Assembly: GCF_009834535.1 (NCBI RefSeq) | Contig: NC_045696.1 | Coordinates: forward strand, 78,618,001 to 78,682,000 | Direction: 5' to 3' | Source of the DNA: Camelus ferus | Taxonomy: Eukaryota | DNA length: 64,000 nt | In this document: positions 24,490 through 37,180 of the stretch, in pieces | Layout: every line of letters starts with the position of its first letter | Numbering within the stretch: the stretch's first letter is position 1 | Translations under genes and position numbers: made by a program | Notes under the pieces: model-generated | Told to the model about the DNA's origin: nothing | The model's database searches: none | What the model saw: the letters and a program-made list of their open reading frames with translations, nothing else

Positions 24490-25880
24490 CATTAAAAAAA
24501 AGACATAAATAAATAGACTATGCTCATGGTTTAGAAGATTCAACATTGCTAAAATGCAGTTTTCCTCAAATAGATAAATAGATTTGGTATAACTCCAATA
24601 AAAATCTCAGGAGATATTTTGTAGAAATTGACAAACTGATTCTAAAGGACCTACAAGAGCCAATTTCTTTGGGAAAAAAGAATTTTAGGACTAACATTCC
24701 ATGATTTCAAGACTTGTTATAAGCTACAATAATCAAGATTCTGTTTATTAGCATCAAAATTGAAAAATAGAAAAGTGGAAGAGAATAGGTCAGAAGTTGA
24801 CCCACAAATATATGGACAAATTATTTTTGACAAAAGGGAAAAGGCAATTCAGTGGAGAAATGGATCTTTTACCATATAAATATACAATTGTATATCCATA
24901 TGCAAAAAAATGAACTTGATCAGTAACTTTTACCATATACAGAAATTCAAAGTAGATCCTAGATCTCAACAAAAGGAAAGACTTGTGGTCTTTGAAAGAC
25001 ACTTTAAAAGAATGATTAAAGACATGCCATAGGCCAGGATAAAATACTTATATACCTGAGAAAGTACTTCCATCCAGAATCCAAGAATCCTCAAAGGTCA
25101 ATAATAAGAAAATGAACACAGTTTTTAAATGGGCAAAACTATTTACACACTTCACCAAAGAAAATACACACATGGCAAATAAGCACGTGAAAAGGTGCTC
25201 AACAACATCCTCATTAGGGGAATGCAAATGAAAACAACAACAAGACACCACTGCCACTATCAAAATGGACAAAATTAAAAATACTCAGGTGAAGATATGG
25301 AGAAAATCGAACTCTTACATATATAGCTGGTAGAAATTCACAGTTTCTAAAAAAGTCAAAATACACCTACCAAATAATATAACCATTGCACTCAAGTATT
25401 TCCCCAAGAGAAATGGAAGTGTATGATCGCGTATGATCATATAAAACTCCTGTACTCAAACATTCATGACCCAAATCTGAAAACAACTCAAATGGCTCTC
25501 AATAGGTGAATGGATAAACACATTGTGGAATATATATACAATGTAACACTTGTCAGGAATAGGAAGGAAAAGTATTGAAATACACTACAACATGTATGAA
25601 CCTCAAAATAATTTAAAAATTATGTGGCATAAAAGAAGCAAAAGAGAGAGAGAGAAAGAATGAGAATACTATAGAGACACAAAACAGATCAGTGGTTGCC
25701 TGGGAACAAGAGGGTAGGACAGGAGTAACAGAGAGAAGGATTAAAAAGAGTGATGAACACGGTCATTCCCTTCACTGTGGTGATGATTTCACAGATGTAT
25801 ACATGAGCCAAAACTTCACAAATTATACAGTTTGTGTGTAGCTTATTACATGACAACTATTCTGCCATAGATTTGTTTTT
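24490..25880 (+). mobile_element. Old L1 (L1MC/MD/ME-like) ORF2 to 3' UTR
   Basis: 'tttgtagaaattgacaaactgattctaaa', 'cacttcaccaaagaaaatacacacatggcaaataagcacgtgaaaagg', 'cagatcagtggttgcctggg'. Confidence 0.85.
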
Positions 25881-27439
25881 AGAAAGTTAAGTGTATTTCC
25901 TAATGAAAACCACTAAAATAAGCCATGTATTTGTTTCTCATCTTGGAAATATTTTTGACATAATTTTGAGAGGAAAATAGCAATTATTAAGAACTAAAAG
26001 CCTTTCCACATGAAAAAATTTACAAATGTTTAAGAGTGTAACTTTTTGTTATCATGACTACTCCAGAAAATGTTTTTGGTTAAATGAATCTTTTCTGTTA
26101 ATACATTTCTGCAATTTGTGTTTATAACTTTACATTTTTTTTTTGTAGAAAAAGTGTTAAAGATCCATCAATGATTTAAAACAATAAATTTTTTAAAGTC
26201 CAATGATATAAAAGTTGTCTCACTTATCCACTTGATGAATTCAGTACTAACTGTAAAAATAATTATTTCAGAAAATAAAGAAATGATCTGTGCAGAAATT
26301 AGATTTAATATCTAAAATTTAACATTTTGATTCTTTGGATTTTACTTGCTTAAAGAGAAAATATATATTAGCTGTCTCAGAGTCACCCATCAAGATTAAC
26401 TATCTCTTAAAGGTAATATACCTTAAAACTAAGGATAAATATAGTATTTTTCTGAAAAATAGATAAAGGGCATCACCACTATGGCAAAAACAAAGTTAAT
26501 GTGAATTATTCAGAGTTCAGCACTATCCTCATAAGAGTAAAAACGTGCTTAAAAACTGACATTTTAATGTTTAAAATTACTAGATATAGATCAAATGTGT
26601 GGCATACATCTTGAGAGAATGAAAACCAATATAGAGATGGTCGGTGCTATGATTTTAATTTTTTACTTTTACTTCTCAATCATGAGTCTGGTCTTAAATT
26701 AGTTTAACAGTAACACTGAAAACTGATTAATTCAGGTGCCAGTTCTGAAGTTTCTCAGAATTCATTTTTTTCAGGATTAGCATGATTTGCAAATTGACTT
26801 CCACACAGGTTAGCTCCTTACACAGCCAGGACAAATCTGTGTGACAATCAGAAAAACTTACAAATGGCATTAAGTGCTCCATCCTCTCAGCCCTCAAGCC
26901 CCCTGATGTTCCTGAGAAACACAAAGCTGACTCATCCCTCTGCTTTCTTTAAGTTATGTGGGCAGAAGGGCAACTAATTTACACCTTGGTATATAAGTGT
27001 GTATTTTCAAACTAATTGGCTTTAAGATATCTGGGAATGTTCACCATCTTTAAGAGAAAAAAAAAGAATTTATTTTTTCCTCTCAGTAGACATATTATCA
27101 CAAAATAGAGTAGAGAATATGGACTGTCTAGCCTCAGCAAAGCAAACCTTATGTCTGCGTAAGAGGAGGTCATGCAGCCATCTACAGATCTGAGCAGTGA
27201 CTACCATGCAGTACACGTGAGATTAAAAATGTTCACGTGTGTGTACCTAGTCACTGTGATGATTTTTTGCAAAACTGTATCTAGAAAGCTGTTCAACATT
27301 CTTATTACTTGTCTTTGCTTTTTATTGTTTTGTATTGTTTTTTACTGTTCTGATTTGAAGCTTACTTCCCTGACAATTGATTTTATTTATTTATATGTGC
27401 GTATGTGCATAATTTTCTTTGTGAAGTATAGGTTTATAT

Positions 27440-29100
27440 CTTTTGCTGATTTTTTAAAATTATCTTTTTTTCAGTTGGATAATAAATCCTCTGTCAAGTA
27501 TATAATTCGAACATTGTGAACATTTTTTTCCTAGTTCAAAGTTTACCTATTCACTATAAATGGGGTCGTTGGATAACTGGAAGTTTCAGTTTTGATGAAA
27601 TTTTATTTATATAATTAATGTTGATGGCTTTGGTACCCTGACTAAACTTAAATTATAAAGAAACTGCCTTATGCTTTCACATGACTGTTAAAGAAATGAA
27701 GAGAAGAATAAATATATTTTATATTTACTTTCATAGTTACCATTTCTGATACATTTCATTTCTTCCTGTATATCAAAGTTACCATCTGTTATTCTCCTCA
27801 GCCTGAAGAATTTCCTTTAACATTCATTATAGTGAAGATCTGCTCTTGACAAACCCATTCAATATTTTTTTATGAGAAAATATCTTTGTTTCACCTTCAA
27901 AGAACATTTTCCCTTGATACAAAACTGAGGTTGACAGATTTTTTTCTTTCTGTGTTTGAAAGATGTCTGCTGTCCTCCTTTGTTTCTGATGACAGGTCAG
28001 CAATAATTTGTCACATTTCCCCTGTACATAATGTGATGTTTTTCTCTAGCTATTTTCAAAATCCTTTTATATTCGTTTTCAGGAGTTAGTCAATGATGTG
28101 CCTAGGTGTGGTATACCTTATGTTACCTATACTGTTAGGATGCCCTGAACTACTTGGATCTGAAAATCAATTATTTTCACAAAATTTGAGACTTTTGGTT
28201 CCAGTATATTTTCAAATACTTTTTATGTCCCATTATTTATTTCCCCCTTTTCTGAGACAACAAATAACACATATGTTGGACCCTTAACAATAGTTCCACA
28301 GGTCATTGAAAATCTGTTCTTTTTATTCTCTTTGTCCCTCAGATTGGATAATTCCTGATGATTTATCTTCACATTTGTTGACCATTTTTCTGCATTCCTA
28401 AGCTGCTCTTGGGCCCATTCAGTGGATTTTTCATTTTGTATTCTAGTTCTAAAATTTCCACTATAAAAACACAGAGAATCATAGCAGAGAAATAGAAACT
28501 ATGTCTTCACTCATTAGGAGTTTATTTTTTTAAACCCTTCTATATAATCATAAGTGCTGCTTTAAAAATCTTTTCAGCTAATCTCAACACCTGGTTCATC
28601 TGAGAGTCAACTTCTATGTATGGTTTTTCTCTTGATTACACCTAATATTTTCCTGTTTCTACACATCTTGCAAATTTTTATTGTGTGGTGTATATTGTGA
28701 AAAATACATTATAAACTCTGAATTCTATTATTATCCTTAGAAGAGGTTGATTTATATTCTGGCAGATAGTTAACTTTGCTAAATTAAAACTCTTTTTTCC
28801 CTTGCATTGAGCAACATCTGAAATCTCTGCAAAGTTCCTTTAATCTTCCAGCTGTTGCTTTCTACCGTATCTTCTGGAGCATAGCCTTCTATGTAGAATC
28901 CAGAGGTCAATCAAGGATCTGGCAGAATTTACACAATCTTATTCTTAGGTTCTAGCCACGCTACCTCATGCAAACTGACAAATATCCTTGGTTGACAAAT
29001 GATATAAATGCAATTAGCCCTTCTAGTCTCTGCATACTTTGAGTTCAGTCTTTCCAATAATTGCTTTTATTTATATTTGACATCTGCTGGCAGATTAATA
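27440..29100 (-). mobile_element. Old L1M fragments (ORF1/5' region, antisense)
   Basis: 'cagcctgaagaatttcctttaacatt', 'gtttctgatgacaggtcagc', 'tcagattggataatt', 'agttctaaaatttcca'. Confidence 0.75.
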
Positions 29101-30049
29101 AATACAATTTTTATATCATTATAAGTAAACTCTAACATTTGTTTATAATCTTCTAACATTTCTCAAATAACTATTTCTCTGAAAATGTGTTTTTAAATCC
29201 CAAATGTTTGCTTTAAAAATAACAGCAAAGAATAAAGTTTTTTTAAATGCACCATTATTCAGATTTTTCTAATCAAATATGTTACATTATATATACTTAG
29301 GCATCTAGATACTTGATTTTGTTTTATACAGACTTATGATCTGATCATGAGCTAAATTACACAGCAGTCACCAAGAAAAATGTGAGCATTTATCGTAAAG
29401 CTCTCTGTAATGTTTAATATCTGCTCAAATGTTTTTATAATTTCTTTATGACAGGCATTTCAGATTTCTTTAATAGAAAAAAAATAAATAAACCTGTCTC
29501 TCCAGATTAAGAAGATTATATTGTATTCCACACTGCAGAATGCTTTTGACTATAACTGTAAAGGCAATGGCATACCAATAAAATGAGAACATAATTACTT
29601 GGTTTTTTTTAGGATATGGAACAAGCTATCATTTAAATCTTATGATAGATATATTATATGTAACAAGTTCTATTGAAAGGATAGCAGTAAAGATATTAAG
29701 TGATTAACCAAACTACAGAATGGCCACATTCCCTGAATGTTTGTTTAAGCTTAAAATTAGGTGAGAATAGTAAAGAAGTTTAATGTAAGTAAGTAAAGAT
29801 CTCTCAGCCTAACTGTTATGCATTCAACAGTAAATGTATATGATCACAAAACTACTTGAAACTATGTATTGTATAATGACTTCCATGTCACATGCTTATA
29901 TATTAATTTTTATGGAACTCAAAAATACTCTGCCATTTAGAAGAGCACAGACTTTATACAAATGTTAAAGGTATAACTCCACATTCTCCTCGCAGTGATC
30001 AAACCCCAAAGTAAATATATACCTTACAAATCACAAGTATCTCCACCCA

Positions 30050-30290
30050 CAGGACTCTCACATTTCACACACAATTCCTCCTCATAGCACTTACTTCAAA
30101 TTTTTATAATATTTTTATTTACATGTCTGCTTCTTTAATGTCCATCTCTTCTACGAGACAATGATCTCCTAGAGTTCATCCTATTTTGTTCAACCTTGTA
30201 TATGTGCTGCCTGGCACAGTGTTTGGCACATGATAGGCATCTAGTAAATATGCATTACATCAATGAATAAATGAATCCATGGATGAATAC
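30050..30290 (+). mobile_element. L2 3' end
   Basis: 'gcacagtgtttggcacatgataggcatctagtaaatat...aatgaataaatgaat'. Confidence 0.75.
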
Positions 30291-30769
30291 ATGGCTGAAA
30301 TGCATATCTACCTTTTTCTTGCACATTCCCCCTCTCCAAGAAAAACTTACTACATAATTTTGATCATACAATGTATATATAACTTTAGTGACTGTCGCTA
30401 AACTTGCAAATTTCACAGCAGAGAATTTTCCTTAAGATACTTAACCAGATTTCCCCCTGTACTATCCGGCCATTGTTGCACCAAATCACCAATTTACACA
30501 TCTGTTTAAAATATTCTTGAAAGCTAACAACTTTAAAAATCAGACAAAGAAATCACATATTTCTACTAATTATAATCTTTTATGATATAAGAATTATTAA
30601 GCAAATTAATCTCTAAATAGGAAAACCTTGGGCTTTAAATTCAACAGTCATATAGCCAAGTAGTAAAGAACTAACCACAAAGTCCCAATTCTACTGAAGA
30701 AGTGGAAGTAAGGAGAAAGTGAGTTATGCATATTTTAGGTAGAAATCTATAAGTGTAATTGTCAGTTTT

Positions 30770-31270
30770 TTAAAAGCTGAAATATACATCTACCCTATGA
30801 CCCAGCAATTTATATTCCTAATTAATTATCCAAAAGAAATGAATATATACATCCATAGAAATCCCTGTATTAAATGTTTATACATATTCATTCCTAACAA
30901 CCCAAAACTGGAAATAACCTAGGATATTCATCAAGAGGAGAATGGATAAATTAACTTGTTTTGTTTTTAAAAGTATTATTAGGAAGTAAAATGAAACAAT
31001 CTACTGATACAAACAACATCATAGATGAAACACCCAAAAAAAAAAAAAATTATGCTGAGGAAAAGTAGCCAAACAGTACCTACTGTGTCATTTGTGTCAT
31101 TTCATTTATGTGAAATTCTAAAACAGGCCAAACTAACTTGTGATTGATACTTGCTTCTAGGGGGAAGACTGACTGAAAAGGGACACAAGGAAACTTACTG
31201 AAGTGATGGAAATGTTCATACCTAGATATGTATTCATTAAATCTGATTGATCAGTATGCATAATATCTGA
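30770..31270 (+). mobile_element. L1ME/L1MD-like 3' region
   Basis: 'catctaccctatgacccagcaatt', 'cccaaaactggaaataacc', 'gactgactgaaaagggacacaaggaaact...gtgatggaaatgttc'. Confidence 0.85.
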
Positions 31271-31881
31271 ATTTTGCACTGTATATTAATTATACTGCAA
31301 TTAAAAAACATTACACAGATAACTGCATAACAGAACACCATTATTTTGCAATCAGATATTTTATTCGTGACATCCAATTCTAAGATATAATGCTTAAAAA
31401 TAATGCTCATAACATACTTTTTATCTACATTATATGTAGAAATGAAAAAAGCATTCATTACTGCTCACTCTGCCATAAAGAAACAGAACTATCATCATTT
31501 TTAAGAAAGGACAGCTGAAGTAATGTTGAAATGCTATCATTAAAAGACAGGCTCAAATATACAGTGTATATGAAAAACCTGTATAAGTGATAATATTTCT
31601 TGAAACATTATGGATATAACAGAAATTTTTAACAAATTCATGTAAAATTATAAAAATTATTTTTCAGGATTTTTTTAAAAAGCTTTTTTAGAAGGTATCT
31701 AGTGCAACTCAGAAAACTATATCAATTGATCCAACTTAATTTGAAGATGAGTAGAAATTATGTAAAAGAAATTTCCTAAACAAACATGAAAATTCAAAAT
31801 TTCAAATTCATAAGTGATTATACATTTTGAAAATAGGGTACTTTATTTCAAAAGGAAATTAACTATCATCAACTCTAAGCT

Positions 31882-32050
31882 TAGTGGTATACTGGGACCA
31901 GCTGCACTGGCTCACAAGAACTGATTGTGTGCAACTTTTGCCAACTCTGCTCAGTCACGTCACATTGGTGGCTTGAAATTAGCCATGGGGCTGGGGGCTG
32001 GGGGGGGGGGGTGGAATATTTACACCATGAAAATCAGCAAATGTTACAAA
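31882..32050 (+). mobile_element. MER63A-like DNA transposon, 3'-truncated, with G-tract expansion
   Basis: 'agtggtatactgg', 'ctgattgtgtgcaacttttgccaactc', 'cagtcacgtcacattggtggcttgaaattagccatgg', 'tatttacaccatgaaaatcagcaaatgttacaaa'. Confidence 0.8.
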
Positions 32051-32054
32051 AGTG

Positions 32055-32820
32055 CTTTCCAGAGTATAGCACAGAAGAATGAAAACCAAGCAAGCAACAA
32101 GTCACACAGAATTGAAGAAACAGAAATTAGTGTTCGGAGAAGCTGGGGAAGCTGGTTTGTAGGGAAGAGTACTTAAGTTGACGGAGCTACACAGGGAAAT
32201 AGCTCTGAGTAGCTGCACAGAGGACTAAGGTCTGCTTAGTAATAAATGCTGCAGGTACAGGCAGAAACTCCACAGACTGAGCAAAGTATAAGCAAGGGGA
32301 GGCCAAGCGGAGCAATTCCCAAAGCTCTAATTAGCCAGAATGGAGAGGTTTCCTTCAACACCGAAGGCATTCAGTTGAGAACCCGGAAGTGTCATAACCA
32401 TAGCAATAGAGGTAAGCCAGACTAGGATAAATTGTATTTTAAACCTGTCTAACACAGCTTATCATAATTTAACTGGCTGCCAAAACAAACTTCAATAATC
32501 TTTAAAACAATAAAAACCCACATTTAGCAATAATAAACAATAATAAACCAATAAAAACTCACAAGCACCCAATCAAGATTACTAGATATGCAAAGAAGCA
32601 GGACAAGGACACCCATCAGAGTGTCAAATCAGACAGCAGAAACAGATCCTGAAATGATAGAGGTGGTAGCAATGGCAGACAAAGACTTTAAAACAAGTAT
32701 TATAAACATGTGGTCATAGGTACAAGGGTGCACATGTATTTGTCAAAATTCACTGAACTGCACACTTAGAATGGGTTTTTTTTATGTGTAGATTAGTCAT
32801 CAAGTAGGTTTATTTTTTAA
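32055..32820 (+). mobile_element. Old L1M 5'/ORF1-proximal fragment joined to an L1 3' fragment
   Basis: 'actagatatgcaaagaagcagg', 'gaaacagatcctgaaatgatagagg', 'gcagacaaagactttaaaacaagtattataaacatg', then 'gtatttgtcaaaattcactgaactgcacactta'. Confidence 0.65.
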
Positions 32821-33206
32821 AATGTGTTGTGTAATATTTTTAATTTCTGCACTAACAATATAATTAATTTTACATATTTAATGAATTCTGCGTGGATCAA
32901 CACTTATTCCTTATTAAAAGAAAATGATACACAAGTGAAGCTACTCTTCACAAATACAATGCAATCTACATGTGATATGCTCTATCTGTAATATTTTTAG
33001 CAAATCTTATAACATTTTCAATTTTAAATATAATTCATAACATTCATAAAAGCTATAATATGATCAAACAAGGGTGGCATATTTTTTGAAGGCTGAAATT
33101 ACAAAAATTTCATCAATAGGCAAGAGAGATTCAATATAATCCCACACATAATTGAGAAGGTGTAGCATGCATTAGCTGACTTATTTTTTGTGTAGGCAAG
33201 ATGTTC

Positions 33207-33282
33207 AAAACATTTCAGTACAGATTTAATTCTAATATAATTTAAAAACATTTCAGTACAGGTTTAATTCTAATATAATTTA
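33207..33282. repeat. 38-bp tandem duplication (2 copies, 1 mismatch)
   Basis: aaaacatttcagtacag(a/g)tttaattctaatataattta at 33207-33244 and 33245-33282. Confidence 0.95.
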
Positions 33283-34078
33283 AGACTAATTCAGTTATAT
33301 CTTTGAAAATCTTATTTTTTATAAAAGTAATAATGATAACGATGATCAAATCCACAAGCACTTTCAGCAATTGTGCCTGATGTCATATCTCGTGGTGATA
33401 CAGAAAAATAAAAATAATAGTTCATACCCACAGGAGTCTACAGTCTAAGTGATGAGACAAGACATCTCCCAGAACAGACATATCCAAGAGATATAGACAT
33501 ATGACAGTGTTAACTAAAATCACAGAACAAGTTATAGTTTCCTTTTCTGAATTGCTAAAGCATGATTTTCTTCATGATTCATATGGCAACTAATCATGCA
33601 TTGCCTTGTGAAGTGGATAAGCCTTTTCTACTTATCACCCTTTGTTTTGAACTATATCAATTACTGCAATTGAACTTTTCATATATGTATGAAACTTCAC
33701 CTCAGAGACCATATTTTATGACAAGCAATATGAGTGAGGTGAAAAAAATTCTATGAAGCTGATTTAGAAAAGCTAAGTTCTAGTCTTTGCTATTCCACTG
33801 TCTAAACTTCCTTGCACCTTCAAAAATGATGTTGTATAATAGTAACTCATAAGACCTGGATTGGTGATTTCTCCAGGGTATATATTCAATCCAGGTGTAT
33901 ATAATTAAGTTATTACTTTGTTGTGTCAATAAACGTAAATTAATAGTGACAGAGAGCAGAAAAAATAGAGATTAGTGTAAGTACTAGATCAAATGAAACT
34001 TTTTTTTTTCAAAGAGGAAACAGTAGCTCCTAAATGCCATTAACATTTAAAATGAAGTAACAGGTAGATACTACCTAC

Positions 34079-34131
34079 CTCATAATTCCAATATTATATA
34101 AATTTATACCTGAAAAATGGCCATAACTGTC
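34079..34131 (-). other. Candidate 53-nt exon (unverified)
   Basis: tttttcaatattatttctatttgttag|GACAGT...TTATGAG|gtaggt. One open frame (DSYGHFSGINLYNIGIM); I do not recognise the peptide. Confidence 0.25.
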
Positions 34132-36078
34132 CTAACAAATAGAAATAATATTGAAAAACATAGCAGTGGTAATTTTTATTTAATGTTTTACATTGTGTAG
34201 TAGAGTTATGTAAACTTCAAAAAAAAATACTCGAAGGATGCAAAAATCTTGCTAGAATCTATTTATTAATAATGGTAGTAAAAATGATCACAAGTTCCAA
34301 TTCTTCAGAAAATATTGTATACCAGGTACTATGTAAAAATTTTTAATTTTTTGTCATTTAATAGTTATAGTAACACTATTAGCCTCATAAGTGAAAACAA
34401 TATTCAAAAAACTAAACCATGGTCATATGATCATTTAGGTTTATTTGTTTATTTTTAAGCAGAAGTACAATTTAAAACTAGGCCTGAGTCATCTGACTGT
34501 ATCAGATTGCCTCCTGATATTATTGTCAAATTTGATAACTCACTTAGTATTATTCAATTAAATATTTAAAGTTTTAAGGGTAAATATAGGTAAGGTAATA
34601 CTTGGAATGTATCAGAAATAAAACGTAGTAAAATTTGCAATTCAATTAAGCATAAGTAAGATCTATTAGAGAAAATGCTCTAATCAGATGCTCAGTGCCT
34701 GATGTCTTAGTATAACTGAAGAATTAATATAGTGTACTCTATAACTGATAAGTACATATCTACTTTTAATTACTAGCAATAACTTTTTAAAAATTAAACA
34801 TGTCATGCAGGGAAATCTCATGCTAATTTTAAAGTTAATAAACTATTCTTTAAACTTACCTCTTTACTTAAAATATACATAACCTAATTCTTCTATGATT
34901 TTATATTTTTAACTTTATCAAAAGTAAAATATAATTAAAATCTTAATAACATGTGAGCTGTCATGGTTCAAATCAGAGTAGTATCAAATTATTTCTGTCA
35001 TAATGTGTCCTTGATACATGTATTTCTGTCACACCAATCTTGCACTCTGCTGTGAGAGCCAAAGGAATTATCATGTATATTACTATGACATGCTCAGTTC
35101 TCAAACCACTGGAAAATCAAACGGCTACCAGAAGTGGCCAAAGCAGTGTCAACATCTTTGTATGTACCTATCAGAACGGACTTAGGGGTGGGAAAAGTCT
35201 ATCCTCAATAAAACGTGCCCTCTGGGGTTTTGTGTTTTGTTTAAAGTTAATCAGGGAGTAGAACTATGTAAATACTAAAAAAGACTCTCAACATATCAGC
35301 AGATTTGAAAAAAGCCAAATAGAACTTTCAGAAATGACATAGTAGTTGAAAATAAAAAAGAGAAAAATGTTAAACAACAGATTAGACAGAACTGTAGAAA
35401 CAGTCAGTGAACAGGAAGACAGTTGAAGAAATTATGCAGTTGGAACAAAAAGAGTAAATAAAACAGAAAAAGAAGGGGAAAAAGTTAAAAGTTATAGAAA
35501 ATAGAATGAGAAGATGTAAGATAATATTAAACAGAGAGACAGAGGAGACTGTAAAGAAAAGGAGACTGTAAAGATAAGGTTGAAGAGTCTGTATTTGAAG
35601 AGATAACAACTAAAAAACACTTTCTGGTGAAAGCAACTAAAATAGGCACATTTTGCTGCAACTGCGAATAAAAGGGCAAAAGGGAAGGCAAAGCAGGTCA
35701 AATCCTCTAAAAATGAAAAACAGTCATTATGGTAGCAGACTCCTCTATATCAATAATGGAAGTAAGAAAACTTTAAAATAGTATCTTCAAAGTGCTGAAA
35801 GGAAATAATCACCAACATAGAGCTGCATTTGAAAAAAAACTGTCTTTCTGGAATGAACGTGAAATAAATCTACACAAATATTATCTGTTTATGATAATAA
35901 TAATGTCAAAATTAATTTAAAGAAAAATGAAAATAACAAGTAGGATGATCATATCAAAGTGCTGTAAGTTATCAGTCCTAAATGATGTTCAGCTTTACAC
36001 TTTAAGCACACATGGTAAATATCAAGAATAACCACAAATAGTAGTTCCAAACCAGATAAGGGAGAAAATGGGATATAA

Positions 36079-36108
36079 CACACATACATACACACACACA
36101 CACACACA
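36079..36108. repeat. Interrupted (CA)n microsatellite
   Basis: cacacatacata followed by a (CA)n run. Confidence 0.85.
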
Positions 36109-36294
36109 AAATGCAACAATCCAACATGAAGCAAGAAGGAAACAAAAATGATACAGTGAAAAAGCAGGAAATAGATTAAAAAAGACACAGTAAGATAAAT
36201 AATGATAATCAAAATACATATAAATGTATTAATTCATCAATTATACAAAAGAAAATGTTCGATTGGATACTTTTAAAACTCCAGCGACTCTAAA

Positions 36295-37180
36295 ATCTTA
36301 ACAGCATTGACAACACCAAATGCTGGCAAGGATGTAAAGAAGTAACAGGAATTCTCATTCATTGCTAATGGGAATGCAAAATGGTACAGTCATCTTGGAA
36401 GATACTTTGGTAGTTTTTACGAAATTCAACAAACTCTTAAAACATGATCTAGCAGTCACACTCTTTGGTATTCACCCAATGATTTGAAAACTAAAGTTCA
36501 CATAAAAACCTACACAAAAATGATTATAGCAACTTTAGTCATAATTATCAAAACTTGGAAGCAACTAAGAAGTCCTTCAATAGTTAACTTTAACAAACTG
36601 TGTTTGTTTAAACACCCATAAAATGAAAACATACATAAAGTGGAATATTACTCAGCAATAAAGAGAGGTGAGCTATAAAACCACAAAAAGACATGGAGGA
36701 ATCTTAAATGCATATTTCTAAATGAAAGAAGCCAATCTGAAAGGTTAGATACTATGTTTCCAACTGTATGACATTCTGGAAAAGGCAAAACCATGGAGAC
36801 AGTAAATAAGATCAGTGATTGCCAATGGTTCAGGAGAAGGAGAGGTGAGATTAAAAGGTAGAGCGCAGGGGTTATTTTAGGTCAGTAAAACTATTCTATA
36901 TGATAATAAAAGGTTAAATACATGTCATTATACTCTTATCAAAACCCACAGAATGAACAGCCTAGAGTAAATCCTAATGTAAACTATAGACTTTAGTTAG
37001 TAATAGCGTATCTATCAATACTGGCTCTTCCATTGTAACAAGTTCACCACAGTAATGCGAGATGCTTATAGTGGGGGAAACTGAAGTGTGGGGGAGTAAG
37101 TAGATATATGGAAACTTTCTATAATTTCCACTGATTTTTTTCTAAGCCTAAAACTGCTAGTCAAAAGTCTATTAAATATA
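36295..37180 (+). mobile_element. L1MC (MC1-3-like) 3' portion
   Basis: 'gacaacaccaaatgctggcaaggatg', 'gaaagaagccaatctgaaagg', 'tgacattctggaaaaggcaaaac', 'cctaatgtaaactatagactttagtt', 'cctaaaactgct...aaagtctattaaa'. Confidence 0.9.
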
